DNA of 64,000 nt, from contig NC_043009.1 in NCBI RefSeq assembly GCF_006345805.1, positions 71,300,001 through 71,364,000 on the forward strand, read 5' to 3'. The position numbers were made by a program, and so were the translations under genes. Of this stretch, positions 1 to 12,696 are shown piece by piece (position 1 is the first letter of the stretch; every line of letters begins with the position of its first letter). The notes beneath the pieces were generated by a model, which was given only the letters and a program-made list of their open reading frames with translations, was not told where the DNA came from and searched no databases. This DNA comes from Octopus sinensis (lineage: Eukaryota).

Positions 1-223
1 ATTTCAGTTTTCGAAGAGTTTTAAAAGAATCAGAAATCTTCAATTTGATAATTTTTTTCTTATGATAGGGGCAGTACCATGAGGCAATGTTTTACATTTC
101 TAATAGCTTGGGTCTCCTAGTATTTGTCCATATTCTTTAAGAACGCCTTTTCATATTGTCCCCCAAAGCTTCGATGGTTACAGCACAGTTGTTGTTCTGA
201 GATGCCTCCTTTTTGAAACCTCT

Positions 224-395
224 CTTCTAACTCTTCTTCTTCTTCCTCTTCTTCTTCTCCTCCTTCTTCTTTTTCTTCTTCTCCTCCTCTTTCTTCTTCT
301 TCTTCCTCCTCTTTCTTCTTCTTCTTCTTCTCTTCCTCCTCCTCCTTCTTCTTCTTCTTCTTCTCCTTCTCCTTCTTCTTCTTCTTCTTCTTCTC
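224..395. repeat. Compound (CTT/CTC)n pyrimidine microsatellite
   Basis: Direct reading; it explains the poly-K/E/R ORFs 117..467 and 227..427. Confidence 0.95.
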
Positions 396-791
396 CTCAT
401 CATCATTATTACTATTATTATCATCATCGTTATTACTTGTTTGTTTACTGAATGATATAGGACACAATGCGAGTATGTACGGATACAGAAGTTGAACTGT
501 GCTTCTTCGTAAATATCCTCATAGCATCACGTTTCCCTAACTTATTATCATACATACCCACGCGCTGACACACATCCCCACACACACACACACATATGTA
601 TCCGTGTGTTTCTGTTCTGTGTGTGTATTCCACACATTTATACAAACATATAAACCTACGCTAGATATTTACATTTCTAAGACAAGGTCATATTCAGCAC
701 TTTTATGTTTTGTTTTTGCTACAAAATGAACGAAAACCTCACACTCACTTAAGCGCGCAAGCTCACTGATATACCTACACACACACACACT

Positions 792-861
<70 letters not shown>

Positions 862-2107
862 TGTGCGCACAACATATATACACACAGATGACTAAGTAAA
901 AAGACGAAGCTTGTACAAAAAGGTCTCTTATTGTTTGATGCATGCATGAATGCATTATTTACGTATCTATGTCTTTGTCCACCTGGGAGTAAATATATAT
1001 TCACCTGTACACATACATGAACGCATGCTCTTAAAGTGCGTGAGTGAGTGTGCCCAGGTTTGTGTCTGTATATCTATGTGTATGTGCCTATGCGTGTGCA
1101 TCTGTGTCTGTCCTCCACCTCCACTTGGCAACCGGTGTTTTTATGTTTATGTCCCCTTAACTCGGCAATTCGGTTAAAAAAAAATAAAAATAGAATAAGT
1201 ACCAGGCTTTATAAAAGAAAAAGGTTGATTTATTTGACTAAAAATTTTTCGGCGCATTGCCCCAGCATGGCAACTCTAATGACTAAGACAAGTAAAAACA
1301 ACACTTAAATTTTAAAAAAAGGAAAATGTAGTTAAAATTTACGTTTATTTGGTATTTTATATTCTAAATAGAATAACCGTTTCCTCTTTACTCTCCTTAG
1401 TTCGTTCATCTTCCACTGCATTGTCGGAAAACTCTATAGAATTAGAGGTTTAGCTAGTGTGTTTATGCCTGTTAATATCTGCTTAGAATTGAGTTCTAGC
1501 ATTAGGCCAACACCAAGGGATTAGCAAATGCTTGAGGGATATTTGGCTTCCGTTACTGAAGATAATGTCTTGTTTCAATCAACCTCAATACTTCACAAGC
1601 ACTTTATCTTATCGACCCATTTCTGGCGTGCGTGCGTGCGTGCGTGCGTGCGTGCTGCGTGCGTGCGTGCGTGCGTGCGTGTGTGTGTGTGTGTGTGTGT
1701 TCGTGTGTGCACGTGTATGTGTGCAAACACATAACTATATGTTATACATATATGATATATTATATACACTTCATCAATTTTCGCAGAAATTAATACGTGA
1801 GACATTTAGCTATTACTCCTAGCAGGTCAAGCCACTTCTTTGCGGCTCCTTCGTTTTATATTGTGATTTATATATTCAACATGACTAGGAGCAGAGGAAC
1901 AAGAACACTAACAACATTAACTATGATGATTACTCCTAGTGACACGTGATCTCATGTTGAGTTGGACCTAGTACATTACTGGTATATATATTCCATCGAT
2001 CAGGAGAGGATGAAAAGAAATATCGGGAGCTCTATGCGATCAGAACATCAAAAGGTATGAGAGCAAAACGAAGAAGAAGAAGAAGAAGAAGAAGAAGAAG
2101 AAGAAGG

Positions 2108-2325
2108 GTCCTTTCTCCTTCAGGCACAAGGGGCCAGCAATTTCAGGGGAGGGCTTAAGTAGATTACATTGATTCCATTTCTCGACTGTTACTTAACTCA
2201 TCGATCCCCGAAAGGATGAAAGGCAAAGTTGACCTCAGCAGGATTTGAACTCAGAACACGAAGATAGATGAAATCGCGCTAAATATGTTTCCTTGCGTGC
2301 TAACGATTCTGCCAGCAGGTCGCCT

Positions 2326-2327
<2 letters not shown>
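2108..2327 (-). mobile_element. tRNA-derived SINE, family A (head ggcggcgagctggcagaatcgttagc), followed on + by (AAT)n 2328-2394
   Basis: Reverse strand shows a degraded A-box and the B-box gttctgagttcaaatcc, then the body gaggtcaactttgcctttcatcctttcgggg shared with more than 10 other copies in the window. Confidence 0.85.
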
Positions 2328-2394
<67 letters not shown>

Positions 2395-2633
2395 TACAAA
2401 TTTAAGACACAAATTTTGTGGGTGGTGACAGGAAAAGAGAGGAGACGTTTGTAGCTGAATAAGCCAATCAAGGTATATAATTAGTATTTACCTTATTGAC
2501 CCAGAATGCTATAAAAGATATAAATTGAACTCAGCGGGATTTGAACTCAGATCTGTGTAAAGTAAAAGACATCACTAAATATTGCAACAACAAAAACAGC
2601 AGTAAGATAAATAATAACAATGAGATACCTTAC

Positions 2634-2757
2634 CTGAAGTGACCGTACCAGGTAAATCGACAAAGTTATTGTGTATGAGCTGGGGAATGCGTAAGGGTTT
2701 ATATAGTGTGTGATCGTAATACGAGATGATGTGGCGGAGGTTGCGCTGAGAGACATT
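2634..2757 (-). other. Candidate exon (unverified)
   Basis: Strong donor CAG|GTAAGG at 2634/2633 and a weak acceptor tgttgtcag. Two frames are open (NVSQRNLRHIISYYDHTLYKPLRIPQLIHNNFVDLPGTVTS; MSLSATSATSSRITITHY...). The region is CpG-rich relative to its flanks. No homology recognised. Confidence 0.25.
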
Positions 2758-3101
2758 CTGACAACAGCAACCGCCGTTACGTCAGGACGACGAAAGACAC
2801 GCCTGTGACCCCTGACACCGAAACAATAATATTTACATAGAGTTTCTTATTCTCTGCAGCAACTTTTTTATGATTACGGCACACAACACATACAACGACG
2901 TGCGGCTAAAATCTGCCCGCTTCAAGTGTGAGATTTCAAGTAATAAGTAGTAAGCATAATAAGACGACAGCGACCCGCAATGCATCTAGGTGAACGGAAG
3001 GGACAATGGTTCGTACTCCGTTACCGGTAGTACTACACTGTATTGTTTTATTGGATTGAGTTAGGTAGATAAAAGCGAGCAGCACAACGCACCTAGATGT
3101 A

Positions 3102-4366
3102 TTGGGTTATCCCATAAATAATGCGGTTTTTTAATACTTCTTTTATTTTTCAAGATTATGATAAACAAATTTCTTTTTTCATCAAAAAATATATTTTCCT
3201 TCATTTTCTACAATGCCCTTCCATTTATCTGGTAGACTTGCAAGGCCCCTCTTCCAAAATTCACTTGCCCGTGATGAAAAATACTCCTCCGGTGCTGTTC
3301 TACAGCATTCATATTTTTTCTTCCAAATGATTTCGAAGACTGTGGAATAAATGATAATCAGATGGGACAATGTCCAGTGAATATGGTGGGTGGGGCATCG
3401 TTTCCCATTCAAACTGCTCCAGCCTTTGGAATGCCATCCTCGATGTATGTGGCCAAGCATTATCCTGATGGAAGAACACCTTTCGTCTCGAAACCAAAGA
3501 TGGTCATTTTCCTTTTAGCGCTGACTTGAGCCGCTCAAGTTGCTTGCAGTAGATCTCCTTTGTTATCGTTTGGTTTGGGTTTAAAAGTTCGAAGTAGACT
3601 AAACCTTCCATATCCCATCAAACAGATAATAACACCTTACGTGGGTGATGACCTTCTTTAGCCTAGGGTGTCAGTGTTTCTCCTTTCCCTACCCACAGTC
3701 TTCGGCGCTTGACATTTTTATAGAGAACCCATTTCTCGTCACCAGTCACTGTTTGGTCCAAAAAAGGTTCATTTGTGAGATTTGACAGCAAAGAAGAGCA
3801 CACATTCAGTCTCTGTGCGCGATTAGACTCTGAAATTTTGTGAGGGACCCATTGATCCAATTTGCTGACTTTTCCGATGGCACGCAGGTGTTGATGACTG
3901 GTTGAATGACCAAATACAAGCTTCTCTGCTAGTTCCTCAATAGTTACGATGGGATTTTATACCACCACGTTTTGCAGGACGTCCTCGTCGACCTCTACAG
4001 ATCTTCCAGGACGAGGCTTGTCTTCTAGACTGTAGGTTCCGGCTCGGAATTTCTGGAACGACCGTTGTCACTGGCTTACGCTTATTGTCCGATCCTCATA
4101 TACTGCATTAATATTCTTCGCACTTTCCGTTGCGTTGTTGCTTTATTGAACTCATAAAGCAAAATATGCCAGATATGCTCCATTATAGCTTTGGAAAACT
4201 AACTGTTTAAGTCGACCTGCACTCTTCAAAGCTTGCACTAAGAATAAGGACAAGGTAAAATTACTACGTGCTTTTATAGGAAGTTGCTGCAGATAATTTA
4301 CCCCGTTCCGCTCCGACTTTTAGTTCATGCAATTAAAAAATCCGAATTATTTATGGGATGGCCCAA
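3102..4366 (-). mobile_element. Full-length decayed mariner (DD34D) DNA transposon
   Basis: TIRs ttgggttatcccataaataatgcggttttttaat (3102-) and the reverse-complement match ending at 4366, with TA on the left. Transposase motifs WVPHKI, VTGDEKWVLY, FHQDNAWPH and HPPYSLDIVPSDYHLF are split by frameshifts; ATG at 4183. Confidence 0.93.
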
Positions 4367-4544
4367 CATATGTTCACTCAGCGCTATGTGATTGCTATCC
4401 GTTACCCTGAAATGAAAGCAGCGAGAGCACTGTATAAACGGCGAGTGGTTTAATCATCATCCCCGGTCTAATTACTGATATTCTTCCAGTAGAAAATTTT
4501 GGTAGTTTATAGCATTTTAGTCAGATGGGAAACTCTCAGATTCC

Positions 4545-4812
4545 TCCGTAAACTCTCAGATAAGTTGAAATCATTCTTAAACCAGGGTTATGGCCCCTGA
4601 ACAGATCGTACTCTGGCTGAGTATTCCACAGACACGCATACAAGAATGTGACAAAGCTGGCCTTTTGAATTACAGGTACAACCCATTTTTGCCAGCTGAG
4701 TGGAATGGTGCGACGTGAAATAGAGTGTCTTGCTCAAGGACACAACGTGCAGCCAGGAATCGAAATCTCGATCTTACGATCGTGAGCCGAATGCATTGAC
4801 CACTAAGCCACG
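4545..4812 (-). mobile_element. tRNA-derived SINE, family C (CORE-like central block)
   Basis: Minus strand reads tggcttagtggtc...gatttcgattcc...ccttgagcaagacactctatttcacg...cactcagctggcaaaaatgggt. Confidence 0.7.
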
Positions 4813-5112
4813 GCCCTTCACAATTCCGCTGGTCATCTTCGAATGATGACCATCAACTAACAAACAATACAACGGAGGGAGAGTGCCTCAAAAGATCGTT
4901 CTGCCAATTCAGTTTACACGCTCGAATGAATCACATAGAAAGGCGTGAATAATTTCGATCAAATAAGGCGTTCCGGGCAATTAGTAGACAAAAGTTCCCT
5001 CTAGCGATGTTTAAAAACATTTAGAAGACAACTCCAAGAAGAATTTGACGAAATCTTTTAAGGTTATCAGTCATACAAAATGAAGAACTTTAAACAAAGT
5101 TATTTGTTGTGA

Positions 5113-5380
5113 ATGCGCGTGGCCTAGTGGTTAGGCTGTTGCACTGACGATCGTTAGACCGTGGGTTCGATTCTCTGCTTGGGCGGCGCGTTGTGTTCTT
5201 GAGCAAAAACACTTCATTTCACGTTGCTCTAGTCCCCTTTTTGGTCAGGGGAGTATGTTGTCCTGCTCTCCTAGCCAGTGGGGTGGAATCATTTGAAGGC
5301 TAAAAACATGCAAAACGCATTTTGACCAGCGATGTGAAACAACATCTGATAGCCTTGTCGGTCACGTGACCACGTGATAT
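5113..5380 (+). mobile_element. tRNA-derived SINE, family C
   Basis: A-box tggcctagtgg, B-box ggttcgattc, then ttgagcaaaaacacttcatttcacg. Confidence 0.75.
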
Positions 5381-5384
5381 GTTG

Positions 5385-5597
5385 GTTTCAAATTTTGCCA
5401 CTAGGCCAGAAATTTCGAGGTTGGGGCTAAGTCGATTAAATCGACCCCGATGCGTACTTGGTACTTATTTTATCGACCCCGAAAGAATGAAAGGTAAAGT
5501 CGACCTCGGTGGAATTTGAACTCAGAACGTAAAGACGGACGAAATTCCACTAAGCATTTTGTCCTGCGTGCGAACGATTCAGCCAGATCGCCGCCTC
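5385..5597 (-). mobile_element. SINE family A
   Basis: Same body as 2108-2327. Confidence 0.85.
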
Positions 5598-6294
5598 AAC
5601 AATGTTATATATTTCACAAAGCTCTGATGTCCTTTACAACTAAGTTACAACTACAAACTATCCCGATATATTTTATGGAAATACACCAAACATATTTCGT
5701 TTGCTACATGCAGGGTGCGATGGGTAAATTGTTGTCTACGCTGTTTGCTCAAGCGAACCACTTGATCAGACGAACAAAGAAAGGCAATTACAGTTTTTTG
5801 TTTTGTTTTTTTTTTTGTATTTCTATGATACGAAGAAAACAGAAATCCTGCAACTGTTGGCTATTTTTGCTGTTGACAGAATTGGATTTTTAGCAAAGGA
5901 CAAACCAAAGAATGTCTATTCAAACCTGTTCTTAGCACATAGAACGGTCTAACCCGATGAAACAACACCCATTCCCTTTAGCACAAAATGATGGAGTAGC
6001 TTCCGTAGATGATGAAACTGGAAGTGCTGGACGTTCTTGGACAAAGAAATAGAGAAAGAAATTCGAGGATCTTTTGAATAATCTTCTCAAAGATTTAATA
6101 GTTGTCTAATGACAAATTAGAGCCTGTTTTATTTCATGACCGAAACATGTTAGTTTACTTAACGAAGTGAATTGCTATCGAAAACGAAATTTAAATTTGA
6201 CAGCATTCTTAACAGTAAATTGCCCACTCAGTTATTGCAATAGCATCAGTTAACCGTTTCCAAACCTGCCTCAGGCTCTGGAAGCGTCTGCCAA

Positions 6295-6675
6295 TGACCT
6301 CTTCATCGATGCATCACAAAGAAGCTTGAGAACAGTTCTACTGCTCCTCCGTTACCCATTCGCTCCACCTAAAAATCGATAAATGGAAGTACCACTTGGT
6401 TTTAATCAATACCGTATTGTCAATGGAATGTTAACGAAGATCTTCAAGTGGCTGGCATGCTAATGAACATGCAGACAGGATTTGCAAAATACAATTCCTA
6501 AGAATGGTACAATTTCTAAGAGACAATCGTGCCACCATGAATGAACAGTTACAATTTGTTCCTTTGGTTGGTCTCCAAAAACCATCTCTACCGGCTTGGT
6601 TTAATAAAATATCTCGTTAAAGCAATGGGTCACGTCGGCTCAAGAGTAGCTTAAAAAAAGCTCCTAAAATGGCAG
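6295..6675 (+). mobile_element. Degenerate DNA-transposase fragment, Chapaev3 (CMC)-like
   Basis: Manual translation gives LFIDASQRSLRTVLL, QWNVNEDLQVAGMLMNMQTGFAKY and LGLIKYLVKAM, in the order I recall for this transposase family (LFIDSSKRSLKAVLLHNGN ... GDLKV..LLG.Q.G.TKY ... LHIKLGLMKNFVKAM), with internal deletions. The family name is from memory. Confidence 0.55.
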
Positions 6676-9600
6676 TAGCGGGTGGTGAGCTAAATCGATT
6701 AGACTGATATCACTTGCAAGAATATTTTATAAGGAGATTTTATCAGTTTTTTCCACTTTGAATAAATTGTTAGTACAGTGGAACCCAAACCATAGGAGTG
6801 TTTTTAATAATTAAGCGAACATTTCTAAATACCCTACACATACAGGTGGCGATGATCCTTTGACGTCTATAAAAATACATTCTTAGGTGTGTAGAAGAAT
6901 ATATTCTCTATATTGTCTTTGCGATTTATTTGCAGAAAATGTTGACATTGTAAGCCATAAGCAAGAAAAACAACTTCCTCAAAATAATTATGCAATGGAA
7001 GCACCATTTCAGGATTAGTTGCTTGATTAGATATTCAACCAACTGACAGACAATAAAGAAGTAATACTAAACCAGTGCGCGTCTTTATTATTATTGCCAT
7101 AATGACCCTCCCAAGACACAACAAGATTTGTTTCAATATATGAATTTGCATCAAGAATTTTGCAAACCAAATACGAAACCGAAGTTGAGAAACATTCATT
7201 TAAAAATTTGGTTTTCTAGGAAAACAATTCAAAATTAACTTAGAATCGACATCCAAAATGTTCTGAGTTCAAATCCTGCTAAAATATCTAACTTTGCTTT
7301 TTATCATTATTCCTTATGAGGTCGCTAAAAGAATGAAACAGTTTAATTCCCCGGACGATGTCATCGACTCATCCCTCATAATGTGCCTTTGATGGAAATC
7401 AATAATTTAAACAAACAGTACTTTACAACCAAAATCGATACAAGGTCACAGATGGAGGGGCCAAGGTCGATAAATTAAGTACCAATTGCGTACTGGGGTT
7501 GATCTAATAGGCTGCCCCTTCCCCAAACATTTCGGGCCTTGTGCCTTGAGAAGATGATCAAATGCAAGCATGGAGGCCTAAAGTCGAGTAGGCAGACCCC
7601 CACCAGTTCGTTATATTTTTCCATCACACACCGTCTCAATAATTTCAACAAAAATGGAGTGGGTTAACATAGATATACACAGCCATCCACTTTTGAATGA
7701 TGGGTGTAATCGATCACACTAGAAGAATCGTTCGAGAGCCATTCACAATATGTTGTGGTATTTAATTACGGCCTTCTGCGTTCTGTGTTCAAATTCCACC
7801 GTGATCATATATGCATTTTATCTTCCCGGGGTTACTGAAATACCTACCAAAGTATAGACATCGATTTTCTATTCCTACATTACGTATTAGATCTGAATGA
7901 AATCAGAGAACTTGATCGGCACCGATCTCAAAAGAAGGAAACGTTGTAGCGAAGCCGACAATTTTGAACATGGAATTTAAAAAGACAAAATTAAATGGCA
8001 CAAAGTATTTAATTCGCCGATCAACATCTTCTGCCGGTCAACGCCCTCCACCACCTTAATAAAAAAAAAATATTAAGATTTCTAACCCAAGAAGAAAGCT
8101 ATATATTCTGGGGTAAGTCCTAACCATGCCTGTCACATGATTTTAAAGGTGATTAAAACTACATTAATGTTGTTATATAACGTATCCAAACTTTTTTAAG
8201 GTGATGGGTTGTGACTTGTGTGAGACTTGGTTGTTGTTTCTAGTCTGTGATTTCTAAGAGGAGTTTTATCGTAGGGCCTGGGTGTTCTGTTGTAGTATTT
8301 GTCCACTTTTGTTCAAGGCTTATTCGTTTTTTTGTTGTTTTTTTTTTCACAGGGAGACGACTTTGTACCTGTCGGTTAACCGATTTGTCTTGCATTGGAG
8401 GCCAATCACGACAAGCCAGGTTTCAAAGAAGGTTAATGAAAAGAGACAGTATTTTAACTCAGAGCTCGGGGAGCCAGAATAGATACTGCAAAGTATCTCG
8501 CCTAAAAGTTCTGCCAGTCCTCCTTCTACACCAGACTGATTCTTCATTTATCATCTAAGAAAGGATGAAAGGTAACCTGACTTCGGTAAAGTATTTTGTC
8601 TCCAAAATTCCTAACTGCATAAAAGATTGGGTATGAACACAATAAGCTGTATGATTCTTCCGTTATTTTTCCATAAACAATTTTTTTCAATATCTGATGA
8701 CATTTCTGTATATTTTATGTTAGCATGCGTCTGCGTATGTCTGCGGATATTTACGCGAGAACGGATGTGAGTGTGTTTATGCGTCACATCAAAGTTATTT
8801 ATAAGTCAGCTTCCCAGTAGATAAGCCTGAAGTTCCTTTCTGAGAACATACAGTAACTGCTGTAACCTGAATAGGAGACCTCATTTGATGTCATTCGACT
8901 CGCTGAAAATGGTTCCTAAATTTCACTCATATCACACATTTAGAAAGATTGGAACGCTTTTTCACCTGGGACAGTAATAGTTACAACATTAAAAACAAAG
9001 TAGCACAATTTATAGACAGTATACTGTCGATTTAATCAGCGAAGTAGAGGCATCTCTTTTATCTATAAAAGCCAAGTACCTCTCACTTTTCCAGTCTTAG
9101 AAAAGGAATCATTCGGTAATATAACCCTAACCTTCCTATTCAAAGACATTTAACATTCACTGGAAAAATCCACTGAGGTGAAAACAATTTCACTCTAGGC
9201 ATCGGACTAGATTTCTTGTAATATTTATTTGCAGCTTTCAGCGTTTTGGGTTCGAATTCTACCAATGCCTTTTTTCCATTCACCATAGACGGGTGGATAA
9301 AATAAGTAGCGGGTGGTGAGTTAAATCGATTAGACTGACAACTTGCAAGAATTATTTTTGAAGCTGACATCATCGTTCGTAAACTTTTATGCTTCCTGGA
9401 AAATTGCAGACCGTAATTCTGCGCTTCCACAACTAATACAAGCCGACACAGCATGAAATATTCTTCGTGATGAATCGAATATAACCAGAAGACGAAGATA
9501 AGCGTATATATAGATCTCTGTGCATGCTTCTGTGTTTGTACGCGCTCACTCACACCACCACCTCCATAAGAAGAGTTTAAACAAAAATACGCGCGTATGT

Positions 9601-9803
9601 GTGTTTTTTTCTTATCTTTTTATCAAGGTTTTTTGTATAAGTTTCATCGTGAAGTTGAGGCGCTAATACTATAGGAACATAGAGACAATGGATTCAGAAT
9701 CATTATTGTTCCAAAGTATAACGTATTGATACAAAAATATGAAGAAAATGTGTGCAGTCAATAAAACGTTTAAAAAAACCCTGCTCCTCAGATATACAAA
9801 TAA

Positions 9804-9836
<33 letters not shown>

Positions 9837-10289
9837 AGAGAGAGAGATGTCATATATCTTGACTTGAATAAAGCCCAGAAATTTATTAAAGCAAATTTAA
9901 ATCGATGTAGTAAAAGATAGGTAGATTCACCAAGTCGCCATTACGTAAGTGAATACGTATTTAAGCAAACCATCGCACTGCATCGACGTCAGCCGCAAAA
10001 CTCAACGAATAAGTAACGTTGAAATAGAAATGGTTTCCTTTTATCCAAATAATTCGACAGTTTAGAGAAATGGCTTGCATACTCTCAGCAGAGACTGACT
10101 CCATGCACACCTTTAATAGATTGAATGAATGAGGTAAGAACAGGCCCCGCCACAACCGACAGCACCACCGCAATTTATGCAAGAACAGCTTTGAAATTCG
10201 AATTAAAGCCAACTAAGGGCTACTCCCAGCGCCCTTGCAGTGGATCCACTCCACACATGGACCCTACAAACTACACAAACATTTGCATC

Positions 10290-10655
10290 TGTTATCTTGT
10301 TTCAGCCATTAGACTCTGACCATGCTGGGGCACCGTCTGGAAGAATTTCTAGTCGCATGAATCGGCCTAATTTCTTATTTCTTATTAATATTTTAAGCCT
10401 GGGACTTATTCTATCGGTCTCTTTTGCTGAACTGCTTGGTAACTGGGACGTAAATGCACCAACAACGGTAGTGAAGCTGTGAGGGCTGACAAACACAGAC
10501 ACACACACATATGACGAGCTTCTTTCAGTTTCCTTCTATGCATTCACAAGGCTTTGTTCGGCCCGAAGCTATCGTAGAAGGCCCGTGTCCAGAGTGCTAC
10601 GCAATAGGACTGAACCCGGTACCATTTGGTCGGGAAGCAAACTTCTCACCGCACA
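10290..10655 (-). mobile_element. tRNA-derived SINE, family B (~400 bp, internal CA tract)
   Basis: Shares catgctggagcaccg, cttattctatcggtctcttttgc and ctgaacccggaacc blocks with 60795-61204. Confidence 0.8.
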
Positions 10656-11169
10656 ACCACGTCTGTTGACATCAGAAAAATGGAAACAAACGAATACAAA
10701 AAGCAACAAAAAATCGACGCAATGTTTTACTGATGCCTCACAACAAATAGAGAAGCCTCACAACAAATAGGTGAAGACTGAAAATATGACAAAACATGAG
10801 AAGGGGAGACATCCGATGCAGCATTAAGAACCATTGAAATCGTTAGTAAAGCCACTGCATTACATCGAAAAATTAAGACAAATTAAAAACGAATTAATTT
10901 GAGGACAATAAAATTGAAGTCAACTGATTAATTTTGTGTGTGAGAGTTTTTATAGAAGATTTTTATCCTCCTGCTTTATTTACTATTTATGCAGTATTTC
11001 AAATTAGAAATGATTATGCATGCTCAAAAGACAATTTTTGATAAGGAGATCGACTGAACTGGAAAGGGTAAACTACCGCTAGTTTCTTTGCCGTCACGAA
11101 GTTCGATGGCGCTGATAGCTGTGGGTCGTTGGTCCATATATGGTAAGGTGTGCTTACAAATAAATTTAC

Positions 11170-11400
11170 CTCAGACAATATTGGATGGAATATGGACAAT
11201 GGAATGGCAATACTACATGCCAATGGCTGTGCAACTTCAAAAATGATTATTCTTGGAATATTTAACTTCCTAGATGTCACTCTCCGCAGACACCTTATAG
11301 GCCGTGCAGTAAGCCTAACCGAGAAACAAGAACTCATATCAACTCTGACCACCCACACAGATCGTTTCAAAATTTAGTAATACGAGCAGAAGAATCAGTC
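11170..11400 (+). mobile_element. Penelope-like element RT remnant
   Basis: NIGWNMDNGMAIL resembles IGLYRDDGLA; NFLDVTL is followed, after a frameshift, by PYRPCSKPNRETRTHINSDHP, which resembles YRPYRKPN..LYI..SNHPP. Confidence 0.6.
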
Positions 11401-12036
11401 ACCCGTCTTCTAATATGGATATCTTCGATAAACCTGCATTGTGTTACAAGTGTGCAGGAGCAAACAGTGGATTCAGTGACAAAATTTCATCCATCCCCAC
11501 CTTAACATTGCCTTCCCACACTAAAAAGAACTCCGTAACATCATATAGTTCACGTGCACACACCTTATCCGTTACACACACACACATTTATAGAGACGTT
11601 TAACAAACAAGAGGAAAAGTAATCAATACATATTGTATTTATTATACGCAGCTGTTATATCCTGTGTTTCGGTTATGCATACGTTGCATCCGTTCTTGTT
11701 TTTGTTGCCTGGTTTCACCTTTTCAACGACGATCCACTTCACAGAAGCAATGCTTTGCCCTATCTTTAGATTCTATGCGTTGAGATAGCGATATGGAGTT
11801 ATTTTTATTCTCTGATCTAGAGGAATGTATTTATGGCTTATTAGAAGTTTTGAAGGGGGTTTTTTTCCAGTTAACCGTGGACCATTTCAATTCCATTAGT
11901 TGGTTCCACACCATTTCTACTCATCAGCGCTTTCGACGGTGGTGCTGCGGATTACTGCAGCCTTATCTAGATTATTGTTGTTTAGAAGCTATAAAATTAT
12001 AATTTCTAAAAATGGGGATGGGGATAATTTGAAAAG

Positions 12037-12071
<35 letters not shown>

Positions 12072-12197
12072 AAATAAGAAAATGGAGAAATAGATTTCTT
12101 TCAATCATCAACTACCAGATAATACCAATTCATATAATTTATTAACTAATTATTCCCATAGTGGGTTACAATCATAACCCCTATTTCACTTTGTACT

Positions 12198-12224
12198 ATA
12201 TATATATATATATATATACATATA

Positions 12225-12310
<86 letters not shown>
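12198..12310. repeat. (TA)n microsatellite
   Basis: Direct reading. Confidence 0.95.
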
Positions 12311-12314
<4 letters not shown>

Positions 12315-12316
12315 TA

Positions 12317-12480
12317 TCCCCTTCAACCTAGCAAGAAGGATATGTACTATAGTTTCTAATGCAAACACGCGACTACATGAACTAAAAGATACACTCATCC
12401 CCAGGGACTACCCACCTTCACTAATTGACATATGCTCTCAACGTGCCCTTCAACTCAATATCCAGGAGCTATGAATATTT
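12317..12480 (+). mobile_element. Penelope-like RT thumb remnant abutting (TA)n
   Basis: + strand translates [37 protein letters not shown], typical of the PLE RT C-terminus. Confidence 0.65.
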
Positions 12481-12619
12481 CTTTTAGTTAATGATAATAG
12501 TTTTATTAATCTTATATTATCCAATTTCCGTTGTAATTTTCTTTTTAAATTCTATTTGTCTACTAACTTTGTGGACACCCTGCATCATATATGTGTGTGT
12601 GTGTGTGTACATGTGTGCG

Positions 12620-12658
<39 letters not shown>

Positions 12659-12696
12659 ATGTGTGCGTGTGTGCGTGTGTGTGTGTGTGTGTGTGT

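Noticed and set aside
2978-3104. 15-nt inverted repeat (14/15) as a MITE
   Set aside because: The right arm overlaps the mariner TIR, leaving about 12 informative bases; too weak.
8353-8480. Exon after the strong acceptor ttttttttcacAG
   Set aside because: No convincing donor and no recognisable peptide in any frame.
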